A DNA stretch of 64,000 nt from a virus. A model generated the notes under the pieces. It was not told where the DNA came from. It saw only the letters and a program-made list of their open reading frames with translations, and searched no databases. Below, in pieces: positions 61,917-64,000 of the stretch (within the stretch, counting starts at the first letter, position 1; each line of letters begins with the position of its first letter). Made by a program: the position numbers and the translations under genes. The DNA lies in the IMG/VR virus record IMGVR_UViG_3300023202_000205, positions 1 through 64,000 of that record. The stretch is one strand, 5' to 3'.

Positions 61917-64000
61917 TGTTCTAGAATCCTTATAGGGGTTCTGGCATTGATCTTTCCGCGAGCAAATGCTCTACGGGCCTCTTCCTCCGTAGCGAAGACC
62001 TGTACAGGTTCCTCCTTATCGGGGGTGCTGGCAAGATACAATCCAGCCAGGTAGTCCTGCATCGGCTCCAGGTGGGTCTCGAAGGTACCTGTGAAAAACA
62101 GGTTCTTGGAGGGCATCAGCTTCGTTTTAGCGTCTTGAATGGCCTCGGAGGAGGCTGGTACGTGGATATTGATCTGGTCACCATCGTAGTCACCACCGAT
62201 ACCCTTGAGAGTATGGTAAGGCATGCCAATGGCGTCGTCATCCCGCAGCTTGCCCCACGCGCCCACATAGGCATAGCGATGAAGCGCGGGCGCGCGGTTA
62301 TAGACCACGGGCCTTTCCTTCATCTCTTCTTCCAAAGCCTTTTGAGCAACTGGCTTACGTTCTTTAACTGCCTTCAGGGCGTCCGTCGCCTCCATCCCCA
62401 ACCGTCGTAACCGACGGATAACGTAGGGTTTGAAAATCGTGAAAGCCATATCCTTGGGGACACCCACCTCATCCATGTCGAGTGACTTATCGGCTGTGAT
62501 AACCCCACGTCCCACAGAATCGACAGCGGTCCCGATGACCTTACGCTGGTAAAAAGCACCCTTGGGACTCTGGCCGACACCGATAGCGTGTCGCAGAACG
62601 CCTTTCACACCCTGCTCCGCAGACTTCTGGCTGACCGGATCCCTTGTACCCGAGATAGCCCCCACCGCTTGCATCATCGTCAGATACTCGTCACCAGCCT
62701 CCCCGAATTGCTCCTTCGCACCCTTGTAGTTTTCCCGGGATTCGAGCAACTCGTGATACAAGTAGTTCAGGTCGTGAACCACATCGATACCACGAGCACT
62801 TGTGATCGGCCGATACTTCGGGGGAACAACTGGGACCTTCGTGACCATTAGCTGTTCTGGGCTGAGCTCCATATTCTTAAGCCCAGCCAGGTAGTTCAGG
62901 CGCTTGACCGCCTGGTCTCGCTTCGTCTTCCGCCCAGAGCGTATGGTCTCCTTGGCAAGTCCCATTTCCCGATCGATATTGATCGACTTCAATGCAGTCT
63001 GCACTGCCTGAGGGCCGGTTTCCCCATTGAGCTCTTCCTTGCCGGCTAGAACAGAGTCGAGCTTCTTACCCGTCACACCAAGCAACTTCTGGATGGGATC
63101 CAGGAATAGTGGGTGCGGTATCGGGGCGGGGAGCGTGATCTTGGCAAAACGAGACCCCTCTGCACCTCCTGTAGCTTTGATATCGAAGAGCCCACCCGGT
63201 ACAGGTTTCATTGTTTCGAAATTGAACGTACCAGGATTCTCAACCTCATGATCTGCCAAGGTATCCACTTGGTCGTCCGTCAGAGGTGTTAGTTGAGAAC
63301 GTGTGCCTTTCTCCCGGACATTAACCCCGGCTCCGCGAAGCAGATCCTTGAAGCGCTGGTTGGCAAAGCTCTCTGAGGGAGCTATCGGTTCCTCACCCGC
63401 GCGAATGGCTCGCCAGTAGTCATCATTGCGCTGCCCACGGACTAGTTTGGCGTCACGTAAGAAGTTGGTAGCCCCCGCCGCAAGCAGCGCGTGAGCATCA
63501 AGCATGCTAATCCGCTTACTACCTTCTTTGCCACCCTTGGCCGGGATGCCCTCAGTCGTATACGTACCAACATCTCGAGCGCCAAGTTTGCTTTCAGCCA
63601 TGTGATGGAGCTTCATGAAGTAGCTCTCGCCAGTAAACACATTCGGGATCTTGGATCCATCCCTCGGGTCCGTAAGCGTCTCGGTATCGCGAATCTTCCC
63701 GGTTACCGGGTCCTGCTCGATAACGCCATACTTGAGCGCCTCTTGAAGAGCGAACTCCGTCACGTCTTCCGTGTCAAAACCCTTCACCGCGTAAGGTTTG
63801 CCGCGCTTACGGGCAGCTTTGCCCAGTAGCGACTCGGCTAAGGCGCCCGGATTGGTACGACTAACGATACCCAGGGCGTTGGCGATTACCTCAATGGGGC
63901 GCCCCTCTGAGTCGAGTGGCATTTGATCATCCGGCCGGATCTCCGAGATAACGCCTTTGTTGCCAAAACGACCTGACAGCTTATCTGCACCACGCATGGC
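61913..64000 (-). CDS. rpoBC: RNA polymerase beta (C-terminal) / beta' (N-terminal, catalytic) fusion; 5' end beyond the window
   Basis: Beta motifs ADKLSGRFGNKGVIS, YFMKLHH and ESF. Then, in frame, beta' motifs GGLFD, VPVVPPKYRP, DLNYLY, YNRAPALHR and GGDYDGDQ. The frame is open to the window edge. Confidence 0.95.
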   Translation of the reverse strand, partial: AMRGADKLSGRFGNKGVISEIRPDDQMPLDSEGRPIEVIANALGIVSRTNPGALAESLLGKAARKRGKPYAVKGFDTEDVTEFALQEALKYGVIEQDPVTGKIRDTETLTDPRDGSKIPNVFTGESYFMKLHHMAESKLGARDVGTYTTEGIPAKGGKEGSKRISMLDAHALLAAGATNFLRDAKLVRGQRNDDYWRAIRAGEEPIAPSESFANQRFKDLLRGAGVNVREKGTRSQLTPLTDDQVDTLADHEVENPGTFNFETMKPVPGGLFDIKATGGAEGSRFAKITLPAPIPHPLFLDPIQKLLGVTGKKLDSVLAGKEELNGETGPQAVQTALKSINIDREMGLAKETIRSGRKTKRDQAVKRLNYLAGLKNMELSPEQLMVTKVPVVPPKYRPITSARGIDVVHDLNYLYHELLESRENYKGAKEQFGEAGDEYLTMMQAVGAISGTRDPVSQKSAEQGVKGVLRHAIGVGQSPKGAFYQRKVIGTAVDSVGRGVITADKSLDMDEVGVPKDMAFTIFKPYVIRRLRRLGMEATDALKAVKERKPVAQKALEEEMKERPVVYNRAPALHRYAYVGAWGKLRDDDAIGMPYHTLKGIGGDYDGDQINIHVPASSEAIQDAKTKLMPSKNLFFTGTFETHLEPMQDYLAGLYLASTPDKEEPVQVFATEEEARRAFARGKINARTPIRILEQ

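Noticed and set aside
1-64000. Stop-codon reassignment (alternative genetic code)
   Set aside because: Long conserved genes are intact under the standard code, and genes end in TAA, TAG and TGA with coupled overlaps.

Overview
This 64-kb window is part of a large (jumbo-type) contractile-tailed dsDNA bacteriophage genome. No cellular housekeeping operons, tRNAs or CRISPR arrays were seen. From left to right it holds: (i) leftward accessory genes (a truncated leucine-rich-repeat protein, an SH3-like protein and a MYG1 nuclease); (ii) a ~0.9-kb ORF-free, densely base-paired region (1786-2700) that looks like a large minus-strand structured RNA, followed by an AT-rich, palindromic divergent control region; (iii) two glycosyltransferases and a degenerate primase/DUF927-like protein; (iv) a short plus-strand cluster with two DUF2589-like genes; (v) a ~52-kb minus-strand run. 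That run contains the tail fibre, baseplate, a sigma-70 factor, spike, tube, sheath and neck genes, then surface Ig/PKD/SwmB-like proteins, two OGT/SPINDLY-like GT41 enzymes plus a sulfotransferase, a nuclease/TnpB-remnant insertion hotspot, major capsid protein, scaffold and prohead protease, and many probable internal head proteins. It ends with a multisubunit RNA polymerase encoded as a beta/beta'-N fusion plus a separate beta'-C gene. The most interesting signals are the candidate large ncRNA, a possible virion O-glycosylation/sulfation module, a pervasive hydrophobic-x-K-x-A motif that may be the prohead-protease cleavage signal, and an RNA polymerase that lacks both beta' zinc sites and has a GGDYDGD catalytic loop. 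All assignments come from motif recognition by eye; no database searches were run.
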